Below are positions 10,101 to 18,757 of a DNA stretch of 64,000 bases, in pieces (position 1 is the first letter of the stretch; every line of letters begins with the position of its first letter). A model generated the notes under the pieces. The model made no database searches. It saw only the letters and a list, made by a program, of their open reading frames with translations, and was not told the origin of the DNA. The position numbers were made by a program, and so were the translations under genes. Location of the stretch: NCBI GenBank assembly GCA_026417135.1, contig JAOADV010000002.1, positions 72,985 to 136,984 of the forward strand, read 5' to 3'. Origin of the DNA: Ignavibacteria bacterium. GTDB lineage: Bacteria > Bacteroidota > Ignavibacteria > Kapaibacteriales > UBA2268.

Positions 10101-10694
10101 AAAGATGTCAACTTGCTTGTCCTCGATACCGAAGTATATTCGAACACTGGTGGTCAATCGTCGAAGGCAACCCCGCTCGGTGCTGTTGCTAAGTTTGCAG
10201 CAAATGGAAAGCCAGCATTTAAAAAAGACCTTGGCTGGATGGTTATGAGTTATAAAAATGTTTACGTTGCCACTGTCGCTTTTGGTGCAAAGGATGAACA
10301 CACTTTGAAAGCTTTCCTCGAAGCCGAAGCTTACGAAGGTCCTTCTGTCATTATTGCTTATTCGCATTGTATTGCTCACGGAATTGATATGACACAACCT
10401 TTAAAGCAGCATAAACTGGCTGTCGATTCTGGACAATGGATTTTGTATCGATACAATCCCGAACTTGCAGCCGAAGGGAAAAATCCTCTTATCATAGATT
10501 CTAAAGAACCAAACGTTGATGTAGCACAATATATGGATTCAGAAATTCGATTTAGAATGCTCGCCCATAGTAACTATGAACTTGCCAACTACTTGAAGGA
10601 AATGGAACGAAAATATGTTGTCGAACGCTATAAACTTTACAAGCATTTAAGCGAAATGAGTTACGATGAGTTTTCTATTGCTGGGAAAAAGTAA
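7110..10694 (+). CDS. nifJ: pyruvate:ferredoxin (flavodoxin) oxidoreductase, single-chain
   Basis: 1194 aa. N-terminus MGKKMYAVMDGNEAAAYVAFRVNEVIAIYPITPSS. Two 4Fe-4S ferredoxin motifs (CIQCGKCAFVCP and CTGCAVCVEVCP). A C-terminal TPP-binding domain (GDGWAYDIGYGG). ATG start with an AGGA-like RBS. Confidence 0.95.
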   Translation: MGKKMYAVMDGNEAAAYVAFRVNEVIAIYPITPSSNMGEWCDEWAAKGYKNIWGITPTVVEMQSEAGAAGTVHGALQAGALTTTFTAAQGLLLKIPNMFKIAGELTPTVFNISARALATHALSIFGDHSDVMAARMTGFGMMASSSVQEVMDLELIAYASSLESRIPMIQFFDGFRTSHEENKIVVVPDDVMREMMPDELIKAHRLRALNPERPVIRGTAQNPDVFFQNRETVNRFYAACPEIVQKTMDKFATFTGRQYHLFDYFGHPEAERVIVIMASGGETAEETVKYLVKNYDERVGVIRVRLYRPFSIKHFIDAIPSSVKAIAVLDRTKEPGAPGEPLYLDVVDAFYEYFSNGNTKFAQFPKIVGGRYGLASKEFTPAMVKAVFDNLKLDKPKNHFTIGIIDDVTFTSLEYDPNFSIEPENVVRAMFYGLAADGTVGANKNSVKIIGENTDLYAQGYYVYDSRKAGTLTVSHLRFGPEPIRAPYLISKANFLACHQTVFIEKYHMLHNLVPEGTFLINAPFEGEELWNFFPLSVQKQILDKNLKVYYVDAQKVAEESGMGRRINTIMQVCFFALSGILPREQAIEAIKESIVRTYGKKGDEIVRMNIQAVESTLENLKELYVPQKITATRDVWPPVPDNAPEFVKKVEGEIIAGRGDYLPVSVFPVDGTWPTATTQYEKRNIALEIPVWDEKICIQCGKCAFVCPHATIRIKVFDPKYLENAPSTFKYTDARDKEFAGMKYSIQVAPEDCTGCAVCVEVCPARDKTNPKHKALDMYPQLPLREQEKINWDFFLSLPDIDRRRIKVTNIRQQQIQRPLFEFSGACTGCGETPYVKLLSQLFGDRLLIANATGCSSIYGGNLPTTPFAVDENGRGPTWSNSLFEDNAEFGFGFRLAIDKQKEIAVNLLKGLASQVGEVLVEEIINARQKTEPEIYEQRERVAALIEKLKEIDTPEAKKLSTIADYLVKKSVWVVGGDGWAYDIGYGGLDHVVAMGKDVNLLVLDTEVYSNTGGQSSKATPLGAVAKFAANGKPAFKKDLGWMVMSYKNVYVATVAFGAKDEHTLKAFLEAEAYEGPSVIIAYSHCIAHGIDMTQPLKQHKLAVDSGQWILYRYNPELAAEGKNPLIIDSKEPNVDVAQYMDSEIRFRMLAHSNYELANYLKEMERKYVVERYKLYKHLSEMSYDEFSIAGKK

Positions 10695-10740
10695 TCTCGT
10701 AGATTTGTTAATAAATTAGTCTTAATTAAGGGAAAAGTTT

Positions 10741-11733
10741 ATGGATTTGAAAACAAAGTATTTAGGCTTAACTTTAAAATCTCCACTTGTTGCTTCTGCT
10801 TCTCCGCTAACAGAAGATTTAAAAGGGATTCAAAAATTGGAAGATGCTGGGGCTTCGGCCGTTGTTCTTCCTTCGATTTTCGAAGAACAAATTCGGGCTG
10901 AACAATTAAATTTATTCTATCATACGACGCAAGGTACCTATGCTTATGCCGAATCTCTAACATACTTTCCAGAAATGAAAGAATATAGATTTGCCTCGGA
11001 GCAATATCTTGAATTGATTCGAAAGGCAAAAGAAAAAGTAAATATACCGATAATAGCAAGTTTGAATGGAGCTACCCTTGGTGGTTGGATTGAATTTGCA
11101 AAAAAGATTGAACAAGCTGGCGCCGACGCACTGGAAATGAACATTTATTTCATTCCCACTGATTTGGATTTGTCTGGGAATGACATAGAAAACACTTACA
11201 TTGAAATTGTTAAATCGGTTAAAAGTAATGTAAATATTCCGATTGCTGTTAAGTTGAGCCCTTTCTTTTCCAATTTCGCAAATATGGCTAAACGAATTGT
11301 CGAAGCCGGAGCTAATGCATTAGTACTTTTTAATCGATTTTATCAACCAGATGTAGATTTGGAAAATTTGGAAGTCAAACCCAGCATTACTTTAAGTACT
11401 TCGCACGCAAATCGGTTGCCAATGAGGTGGATTGCTATTTTAAAACACAAGTTGAATTGCGACTTTGCTGCAACAAGTGGAATTCATACTTCCGACGATG
11501 TTGTGAAGATGCTACTTGTCGGAGCTAATGTAACAATGCTTTGTTCGGCTTTATTGAAAAATGGGGTGTTTTATTTGCTGCAACTCGAACGTGAATTGAT
11601 TGAGTGGATGGTCGAACACGAATATAGTAGCGTTCAAGAAATGATTGGTGTTATGTCGCGAGAAAAGGCAAGTAATCCAAACGTTTACGAACGAGCACAA
11701 TACGTTCGCGCAATTACATCGTATAAATTTTAA
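10741..11733 (+). CDS. dihydroorotate dehydrogenase-family TIM-barrel flavoprotein, probably non-catalytic for DHO (catalytic Cys/Ser loop not conserved)
   Basis: DHOD/PreA-like signatures (LKSPLVASASPLTE, PIAVKLSPFF...EAGANALVLFNRF). The active-site loop reads LEMNIYFIPTD instead of ...N(L/V)SCPN... Sits 46 nt downstream of nifJ on the same strand. Confidence 0.6.
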   Translation: MDLKTKYLGLTLKSPLVASASPLTEDLKGIQKLEDAGASAVVLPSIFEEQIRAEQLNLFYHTTQGTYAYAESLTYFPEMKEYRFASEQYLELIRKAKEKVNIPIIASLNGATLGGWIEFAKKIEQAGADALEMNIYFIPTDLDLSGNDIENTYIEIVKSVKSNVNIPIAVKLSPFFSNFANMAKRIVEAGANALVLFNRFYQPDVDLENLEVKPSITLSTSHANRLPMRWIAILKHKLNCDFAATSGIHTSDDVVKMLLVGANVTMLCSALLKNGVFYLLQLERELIEWMVEHEYSSVQEMIGVMSREKASNPNVYERAQYVRAITSYKF

Positions 11734-11795
11734 ACTTTGTTGTATCTTCACAGCTGCTAAATATTCTGATAGAACTTTTTCATTCTTTATTTTAA

Positions 11796-13415
11796 ATGTT
11801 TAAAGTAATCGACTTTAATCTAATACCCGGTTTCTCTCGCCTTTTCTTGGACTTCATTTCGAAAGATTCTTTTTTTAAGAACCGTTTTCGGTACGCCGAT
11901 GATTTGTTTCAAGATGAAAATCACATCGAAGAAATCTTAAATAAAACTTTCAATAGAGATTTTCTTTTTCGTTTGTTTTCAGATTCGAACAGACACCATT
12001 TACACTCTAAGCAAAAAGAAAATATTGAACTTACAACAAAAGATAATACTCTTTTTGTTGTAACTGGTCAACAGCCGGGAATTTTTGGTGGACCCTTGTA
12101 TGCTTTTTATAAATCTTTGACAGCTATATCACTTGCTGAAATACTTTCATACAAGTTCAAAAACTACAATTTTGTTCCTATTTTTTGGATAGAGGATAAC
12201 GACCACGATTGCCGAGAAGCTTTCGAAGTCGCCCTTTTCGACCTAAATTATCATTTGTTTGATTGCAAGAAGCTGGTTAATATTTGCGAAACTTATACCA
12301 GCAAGGTCGTTTCAAGTATAGAATTTGGGAGCGAATTTGACGGTCTTAAAGAAAATTTATTAAACTTTTTTAAACTTGATTCTAAACAAAGCTCCTTCGA
12401 GATTATCGACAAGTGTATATCATCTGGTATTTCTTTAACTGATTCCTTTTATTTGTTGCTAAATTATTTGCTTGGCAATTTAGGTTTGCTTTTTCTCCGT
12501 GCTTCTGTTTGTAGGTCTTATGGTGCGTTTACGAATGTGGTTGTTAGCGAAATAGAAAATGTTGGTTATTCCTTTACTTTAATCGAGTCTGCAAATCGTT
12601 CAATTACCGAAAAAGGATATACACTTCAAGCTAAGGCCTCTTACGTGAATCTTTTTTTTCACGAAGGAGATGAAAGATACAAAATTGAGTATGATTCCAA
12701 CGAGAAAGTTTTTGTAATCAAGGGTAGAAAGTACGAAAAAGCCGAGTTGTTTGAACTTGCAAACGCAAATCCAGAAAGGTTTTCGCCGAATGTCCTTTTA
12801 AGACCAATTTGTCAGGACAGTTTCCTTCCTTCTGTTGCTGTTGTATTAGGACCAAGCGAGATTGGATATTACACCCAACTAAGGGAACTTTTTAGCTGGC
12901 ATCGAATTACAATGCCAGCTGTAATTCCAAGACATTCAATTACTTTGATTCCAAGGGATTTCGAAAAAATTTTGCATTCAAAAGACTTGTATTATTTTTT
13001 CCAAAAGAAGGAAGATTTTGAAAATTCCATATTCAACGCTTTTCGCAACAAAGGTTTAATCGAAAAATTTGAAGCATTGGAGGCGCAATTAAAAGATATT
13101 TTTCACGAAATGAAAATTATGGGTTGTGAATTAGATAAAAGTCTCGAATTAAGCGCCGAAGCTCATTTAAAAAAATCCCTAAATTCGTTTGATTCTTTTC
13201 GTTCGAAAATACTTTCTGCCGAGCGACGAAATATTTTGAAAAATTTCGCTAATGAATTGAAGCTTAACCAAATAATTTTTCCTAAAAACTCATTGCAAGA
13301 AAGAATTATTGGTAGCCTTTTTATCCTTTTAGTGAATGAAAAAGGTAAAATTTTTGAAAATCTCCAACAGATTGTCAACAACCCTTCGGATTCCCATTAT
13401 ATTTTACTCTTTTAA
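11796..13415 (+). CDS. bshC: bacillithiol biosynthesis cysteine-adding enzyme BshC
   Basis: 539 aa. Blocks that align with B. subtilis BshC/YllA: VTGQQPGIFGGPLYAFYK (vs GGQQAGLLTGPLYTIHK), VPIFWIEDNDHDCRE (vs IPIFWVAGEDHDLDE), ERFSPNVLLRPICQDSFLPSVAVVLGPSEIGYYTQLRELF (vs [40 protein letters not shown]). Confidence 0.8.
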   Translation: MFKVIDFNLIPGFSRLFLDFISKDSFFKNRFRYADDLFQDENHIEEILNKTFNRDFLFRLFSDSNRHHLHSKQKENIELTTKDNTLFVVTGQQPGIFGGPLYAFYKSLTAISLAEILSYKFKNYNFVPIFWIEDNDHDCREAFEVALFDLNYHLFDCKKLVNICETYTSKVVSSIEFGSEFDGLKENLLNFFKLDSKQSSFEIIDKCISSGISLTDSFYLLLNYLLGNLGLLFLRASVCRSYGAFTNVVVSEIENVGYSFTLIESANRSITEKGYTLQAKASYVNLFFHEGDERYKIEYDSNEKVFVIKGRKYEKAELFELANANPERFSPNVLLRPICQDSFLPSVAVVLGPSEIGYYTQLRELFSWHRITMPAVIPRHSITLIPRDFEKILHSKDLYYFFQKKEDFENSIFNAFRNKGLIEKFEALEAQLKDIFHEMKIMGCELDKSLELSAEAHLKKSLNSFDSFRSKILSAERRNILKNFANELKLNQIIFPKNSLQERIIGSLFILLVNEKGKIFENLQQIVNNPSDSHYILLF

Positions 13416-13464
13416 ATATTTTTTTTACATCTTCGTTATCATTTATTAACAATTAGTTTATAAA

Positions 13465-14133
13465 ATGTTAAACGCCTTCCTCATAGATTTTGCCGATGGC
13501 AAAAGCCAATTTGTAACTAAACTAATAGAAAGTTTCGTCGACGGGTTGAAAAAAGGTGGTGCTAATGTCGAAATTCTAAAAGTAGGTAAAGTTCAGATTT
13601 CGAAATGTCGTAGCTGCACCGAAGATTTATTTTTCGTTTCCAATGGCGATTGCAAATGCTTAGATGAATTCAGCAGTTTCTACGGTGAATTTAAAAAGAG
13701 TAATCTGTGGGTTTTTGCCTTAGATATTACAAATAAGCTATTCCTCGAAGATTTTAATAACGTGTTGAATCGAATGGAGCCATTATTTAGGTTAAAATCT
13801 AACCCCAAGAAAAAAAAGTTACTTGCATCGCTGATTTTTTCTAAGGGTCGAGCTTCTATTGCAAATAATATTTCTAAATTAATCGAAGACTTTGCAATTC
13901 TGTATGATTATCAATATCTGGGGTCAGTCGTACGAAACGATTATGGAGTAATTGAACTTTTACCTCAAAAAACGCTTAATGAATTCGCTTTTGAAACTGA
14001 TTTCTTAAATTTAGGATATGATTTGACCAGGTTGAATGCACTAAGTCCTACAATTACCGAGCGAGTAGCAAGGAATATTAGACCAGAAAACTCTTTTATT
14101 AATGAAATTTCCAAACTTTTGGGCGAAATTTAA
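13465..14133 (+). CDS. flavodoxin-fold protein, iron-sulfur-flavoprotein/NADPH-FMN-reductase-like (divergent)
   Basis: Cys cluster CRSCTEDLFFVSNGDCKC, followed by DEFSSFYGEFKKSNLWVFALDI, which resembles the Isf segment DDMDEIYEKMRAADGIIVAAPV. The N-terminal phosphate loop is degenerate (DFADGKS). Confidence 0.35.
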   Translation: MLNAFLIDFADGKSQFVTKLIESFVDGLKKGGANVEILKVGKVQISKCRSCTEDLFFVSNGDCKCLDEFSSFYGEFKKSNLWVFALDITNKLFLEDFNNVLNRMEPLFRLKSNPKKKKLLASLIFSKGRASIANNISKLIEDFAILYDYQYLGSVVRNDYGVIELLPQKTLNEFAFETDFLNLGYDLTRLNALSPTITERVARNIRPENSFINEISKLLGEI

Positions 14134-14157
14134 TACGAAAAATTTCGACTTCCAATC

Positions 14158-15393
14158 TTATGTTTTTTCACTGATGGGCAAAGTGAAATAAAAGGTTGAA
14201 CCTACCCCTACTTCACTTTCTACCCAAATCTTGCCTTTGTTTCTTTCGATGTATTCTTTGCATAAAAGAAGTCCTAACCCAGTGCTTTTTTCGCCTTCCG
14301 TCCCAGGTCGAAAAGTTTTTGCCCCAACTTTAAACAAATCGCTTAACATTTCTTTTGGTATTCCAATCCCAGTATCTTTAATAGAAACTAGAACTGATTC
14401 TTCATCTCTTTGAGCTTTTATTTCAATTCTACCACCACGCGGGGTAAACTTTATGGCATTAGAAATCAAATTCCTTAGTATTGTGTTGGTGGTATTTAAG
14501 TCTGCGAAAACTATAATATGTTCTGGAATATTTACTTCAAAATTCAATTCTTTTTGTTCTATTTTAATCTTTTGTATCTCTATGTTTTCTGTTACCAATT
14601 TTTGCAAGTTGAAGTAGTCTGGCGTGAGTTCAATCAATCCGCGTTGCACTCTTGACCATTCAAGTAAGTTTTCAATTAATTTATAAAGACTTTCGGAAGA
14701 TTCCTTCAAAAGTTTAACTAATTCGGCAATCTCTTCGTAACTTAAGGACATAGTATTCGTTGCTAATAAGTTAATCACTCCTAATATACCAGAGAAAGGG
14801 CTTCGCAAGTCGTGTGCTATGATGGAGAAAAGCTTGTCCTTTTCAGAATTTAGTTCTTCGAGCTTTTCTTTCATTATTGATATATCGTAAAGGAGTTTGT
14901 TTTTCTCAAAAAGAATTTCTTCAAGAGTGCTTTGCGATAAAGCTAAATCTTCGTTAAGTTTCTTTGCAGACTCATACAATCTTTCTATAGTCTCTTCTTT
15001 TTCCTGTAATTGTTTTATCCGAGTGTATTCGTCGGTAACATCGACGAATAGGGTTGCGAAATGTAAAGGTTCGGTGGAAAATGCGAAAACTCTGTACCAT
15101 CTGTTTAAAGATTGAGACTTTTGGATAAAATTGGATTCACCCCCTTTGAGCGCTAATTGCCCATAATGAGCAATCCAATTGAACGAATCATTTACAATAT
15201 CGGGGATAACTTCTCGAACAGTTCTGTTAATAACAGTATTGGAAGGTAAGCCAGTAAGTTCTTCGAAGCTTTTGTTTACCTCTAAAAATATGTAATCAAT
15301 AGGGTTTTGATTCTCATCCAGGATGACCCTGTGATATGCATAACCAACTGGTGAATTCATTATCAATTTTTTATACAAATCTTCCATATTCAA
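14158..15393 (-). CDS. cytoplasmic PAS-domain sensor histidine kinase (orphan, no adjacent response regulator)
   Basis: H-box IIAHDLRSPFSGILG. N/G-boxes NLISNAIKFTPRGGRIEI and GTGLGLLLCKEYIERNKGKIWVESEVGVGSTFYF. An N-terminal PAS-like region plus a coiled coil. No transmembrane segments. Confidence 0.85.
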   Translation of the reverse strand: MNMEDLYKKLIMNSPVGYAYHRVILDENQNPIDYIFLEVNKSFEELTGLPSNTVINRTVREVIPDIVNDSFNWIAHYGQLALKGGESNFIQKSQSLNRWYRVFAFSTEPLHFATLFVDVTDEYTRIKQLQEKEETIERLYESAKKLNEDLALSQSTLEEILFEKNKLLYDISIMKEKLEELNSEKDKLFSIIAHDLRSPFSGILGVINLLATNTMSLSYEEIAELVKLLKESSESLYKLIENLLEWSRVQRGLIELTPDYFNLQKLVTENIEIQKIKIEQKELNFEVNIPEHIIVFADLNTTNTILRNLISNAIKFTPRGGRIEIKAQRDEESVLVSIKDTGIGIPKEMLSDLFKVGAKTFRPGTEGEKSTGLGLLLCKEYIERNKGKIWVESEVGVGSTFYFTLPISEKT

Positions 15394-15557
15394 AAAAAAA
15401 ACAAAATTATGAATTTTATAACTTTGTCAGCAAACTTTAAAAAAATCACTTAGGGGAAATATTGCTTAGTTTTTTTTTCAAAATAATAATATATTTGTTA
15501 ATTACGTTAAAATATTTTATAACCAAAAATATCTTGTAAAACGTAATAGGGGGAAAT

Positions 15558-18500
15558 ATGAAAAAGTACATTCTTCCTTTAACCTTTTTATTAGCTTCTA
15601 TTTTAGCTCTTAATCTTTTTGCAAGAAATTCTGTTTTTCATTACTTACAGCAAGTTAAAGAGAACCGACTTAAGAGATTAGAACTAGCTAAAGATTGGAA
15701 AAATTCACTATCAAACATTACAAACTTCTTTAAGAATCATTTACGTACTTATTCCTCGAAAAGTTTGGACTCTGCTGATAAAATTATCACTGTAAAACCT
15801 TTTGAATTAGCCAAGTTAGATACAAATAGTTCCTTGTATGAAGTAAATTTAGATTATCGAGTAATTTACGACCCAGCGAACAATATACCAAGATATATTT
15901 TCCCTGAACTCGGTAATAACTTAGTTTTTTCGAAATATCATAACTTTTTGTTATCTAATGCTTTTTTTATCTTCATCGAAACTAACAAGGATTTGTTCCC
16001 TTTGCAAGAACCGAAAAATGAGCTCCGTGAAGTTGAAGTTATCAAAGATATAGATAAGGAATTTGTGGTGCGTTATCAACAAGTGTATAAAGGTGTTCCT
16101 ATATGGGGTAAAGAAATTCTTGCATACTTTTCTAAGTCAGGCGAATTGGAATTCATTGCTTTGAATATTGTTCCCACGCCAGTCGATAGAGAAATTGAGA
16201 GAAAAGAAATCGATAAAGAAAAGGCAATAGAAATTGCTACTAAAGATTTGGAACTGAAAACACATTTTGTAACACTACCATCCGAGATAAAGGGTTTTTT
16301 TGAAAGGAATTACCCTAAAGCTGAAGAATACTACTTTTATGATTCTTTCAGTAAAAAACTTTTTCTTTCGTGGATGGTAGAGCTTATGCCGAATTTTTGG
16401 GAAGTTTATAGGTATTTCATTTCGCAGTCTGTGGGAGAAGTATTAGAATATTATCGTGCTAACCCAAGCGAAGGGCCAACAACTGGCTTTGGTATTGATT
16501 TATTTAATGTAAATCGAACATTAAATATTTTCGAGTCAAAAGGCAGGTACTATTTGGTTGATGCATCTAAGCCGATGTATAATCGAGATGTAAATAATCC
16601 AAATGGTGTAATTGTAGTTTATACAAATCAAAACAATGACCTAACTCAAACAAGTAAGCCGATTGTTGTTTCGTCGACCACAAAGCAGTTTAATAATCCG
16701 ACAGCAGTCAGTTTGCATTATGGATTAGGATTAGTCTATGATTATTATTTGAACACTCATTCATTCAACTCAATAAATGGAAATAAGAAAAATATTATCG
16801 GGGTTGTAAATGTAACTCAAAATGGAATGCCAATGATTAATGCTTATTGGAATGGCGAATTTATGGTTTTTGGAGATGGTGGGGATATTTTTCTACCGTT
16901 TACAAGGGCTTTGGATATAATAGCTCACGAATTTACCCATGGTGTTGTTCAATTTACGGTAGATTTGGAATACAAGTTCCAATCGGGAGCTTTACACGAA
17001 GCGTTTGCTGACTGGGGTGGGTCAATGGTAGATCGCGAAGATTGGATTATTGGTGAAGATGCTGTTTATCCCCAGTTTTATCCAAAGGGGACAAGAAATA
17101 TGGCAAATCCTAATAATAATTTACCTCCCAACGACCAATGGTGGCTTCCAGCTCATATGAATGAGTATCGCAATCTGCCTTTAAACGTTGATAACGGAGG
17201 AGTTCATATCAATGTCGGTATTATTAATAAAGTTACTTATTTAATTGGCGATAGAATTGGTAGAGATAAGCTCGAAAAAATTTATTTTCGAGTTTTGAGT
17301 AAGCGTTTTTTAACAAAGCAAGCAAATTTTGTTGATTTTCGCATTGCTTGCGAGAAAAGTGCCGAGGAGCTTTATGGAAAAAACTCCCCTGAACAAAATG
17401 CTGTGAAAATGGCTTTCGACGCTGTTGGTATAACCTCTATTGGAGGTTCTTCTCCATCGCCTGATTTACCGCCTATTGTAGGTAACCGTTATATTCTTGC
17501 AGTCGATGCACAAGCAAATTATTTATATCGGCTTAAAGAGATTCTTCAATCTCAATCAGATATTGTTCGGATAAGCTCTTTACCCTTGTTTACTGCTTCT
17601 GGTTCGACCTATACGATTACCGAAGATGGTTCTATAATTGCTTATATAGATTTTCAGAATAAGCTTAGAGTAATTACTACATCAAACTGGGTTGACCAAG
17701 AAGTTAATCAATACCCAGTTTTTCGTTCGATTGCAGTTTCTGGTGGTAAAAAACCAACACTTGCTATAGCGACTATTGAATTTAAACCTGAAATAATTTT
17801 AGTTGATGTTGAAACTGACGAGGTTAGAACGATAAATCTGTATACTCCTACTACAACTCACGGAAATGAAAGAATCCAACCCTTGTTCCCAGTTAATTTG
17901 ACTTGGTCCCCAGACGGCAAGATTTTAGTTTATGATGCAATTAATATGAGGCTAGGTTCATTTGGAGATACGACTTATTTTGCTGATATTAATGCTTTAG
18001 ACGTAGAAAGTGGAATAATTTATCGTTTAATGTCGAATCCCCCCGAAGGAATTAACATTGCGTCGCCTATGTTCTCCCAGACAAATAATCAAAAACTTGC
18101 ATTTGTTGTTTACGACGAGAACTCCCAAATGGGTGGAATTTTTATTGGTGATATGTATTCTGGGAAGGTTTCACAAATTTTAGTTAAATATTTATTAAGT
18201 GAGCAAGTTGCAACACCAGTATTTGCTCCCGACGACCGTGCACTTGTTTTTCAGTCGTTTTTACCATCCGATTTGAGATATGTTTTGTATAAGCAAGCAC
18301 TTAACCCAGACAAATTCACTCCTTATGGTCAAGCAAACCTTTATGTTGCAAACGTAGGTATGCCTCGGTGGGTAGCATTGGGTGGTACAAGAAGCTCGGT
18401 AGAAACATCTTCTGATGAAAAACCAGTTTTTATTTCACCAAATCCATTTTCAGACATAGCCGAAATTTACGGAACTTTTTATTCCGACGAAATATCTGTT

Positions 18501-18668
18501 GTGGTATATTCTCATAAAGGCGAGAAATTATTTAGCCAATTGGTATATCCACTGAATGGAAGACTGAGTATTGATTTTCCAAAAACATTACCTACAGGGA
18601 TATACATATTTGAAATTAAGGATGGTAATAACTTTCTTGTAGCGAAAGCAATAAGAATTAGAGATTAG
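15558..18668 (+). CDS. secreted M4 (thermolysin-family) zinc metallopeptidase with beta-propeller region and T9SS C-terminal sorting domain
   Basis: Signal peptide. HEFTHGV (HExxH) at residues ~457-461 and GALHEAFADWGG (thermolysin ExxxD third ligand). TolB/PD40-like repeats in residues ~640-950. C-terminal SPNPFSDIAEIY...GIYIFEIKDGNNFLVAKAIRIRD matches the T9SS CTD. Confidence 0.85.
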   Translation: MKKYILPLTFLLASILALNLFARNSVFHYLQQVKENRLKRLELAKDWKNSLSNITNFFKNHLRTYSSKSLDSADKIITVKPFELAKLDTNSSLYEVNLDYRVIYDPANNIPRYIFPELGNNLVFSKYHNFLLSNAFFIFIETNKDLFPLQEPKNELREVEVIKDIDKEFVVRYQQVYKGVPIWGKEILAYFSKSGELEFIALNIVPTPVDREIERKEIDKEKAIEIATKDLELKTHFVTLPSEIKGFFERNYPKAEEYYFYDSFSKKLFLSWMVELMPNFWEVYRYFISQSVGEVLEYYRANPSEGPTTGFGIDLFNVNRTLNIFESKGRYYLVDASKPMYNRDVNNPNGVIVVYTNQNNDLTQTSKPIVVSSTTKQFNNPTAVSLHYGLGLVYDYYLNTHSFNSINGNKKNIIGVVNVTQNGMPMINAYWNGEFMVFGDGGDIFLPFTRALDIIAHEFTHGVVQFTVDLEYKFQSGALHEAFADWGGSMVDREDWIIGEDAVYPQFYPKGTRNMANPNNNLPPNDQWWLPAHMNEYRNLPLNVDNGGVHINVGIINKVTYLIGDRIGRDKLEKIYFRVLSKRFLTKQANFVDFRIACEKSAEELYGKNSPEQNAVKMAFDAVGITSIGGSSPSPDLPPIVGNRYILAVDAQANYLYRLKEILQSQSDIVRISSLPLFTASGSTYTITEDGSIIAYIDFQNKLRVITTSNWVDQEVNQYPVFRSIAVSGGKKPTLAIATIEFKPEIILVDVETDEVRTINLYTPTTTHGNERIQPLFPVNLTWSPDGKILVYDAINMRLGSFGDTTYFADINALDVESGIIYRLMSNPPEGINIASPMFSQTNNQKLAFVVYDENSQMGGIFIGDMYSGKVSQILVKYLLSEQVATPVFAPDDRALVFQSFLPSDLRYVLYKQALNPDKFTPYGQANLYVANVGMPRWVALGGTRSSVETSSDEKPVFISPNPFSDIAEIYGTFYSDEISVVVYSHKGEKLFSQLVYPLNGRLSIDFPKTLPTGIYIFEIKDGNNFLVAKAIRIRD

Positions 18669-18757
18669 ATCCAACTTAAGCTTAAATTCGAAACAATATG
18701 TTAGTTTTAGATTTTAGCCGAAACTCTAAACCGAAGTTTGATGTTTAATTTTGAATG

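Noticed and set aside
7193-10397. Multiple 60-150-aa minus-strand ORFs inside the PFOR gene (e.g. 7734-8198, 9096-9431, 9993-10397), and similar antisense ORFs inside other large genes
   Set aside because: They are antisense to strongly supported long CDSs with conserved motifs. They are typical of AT-rich frames and have no independent support.
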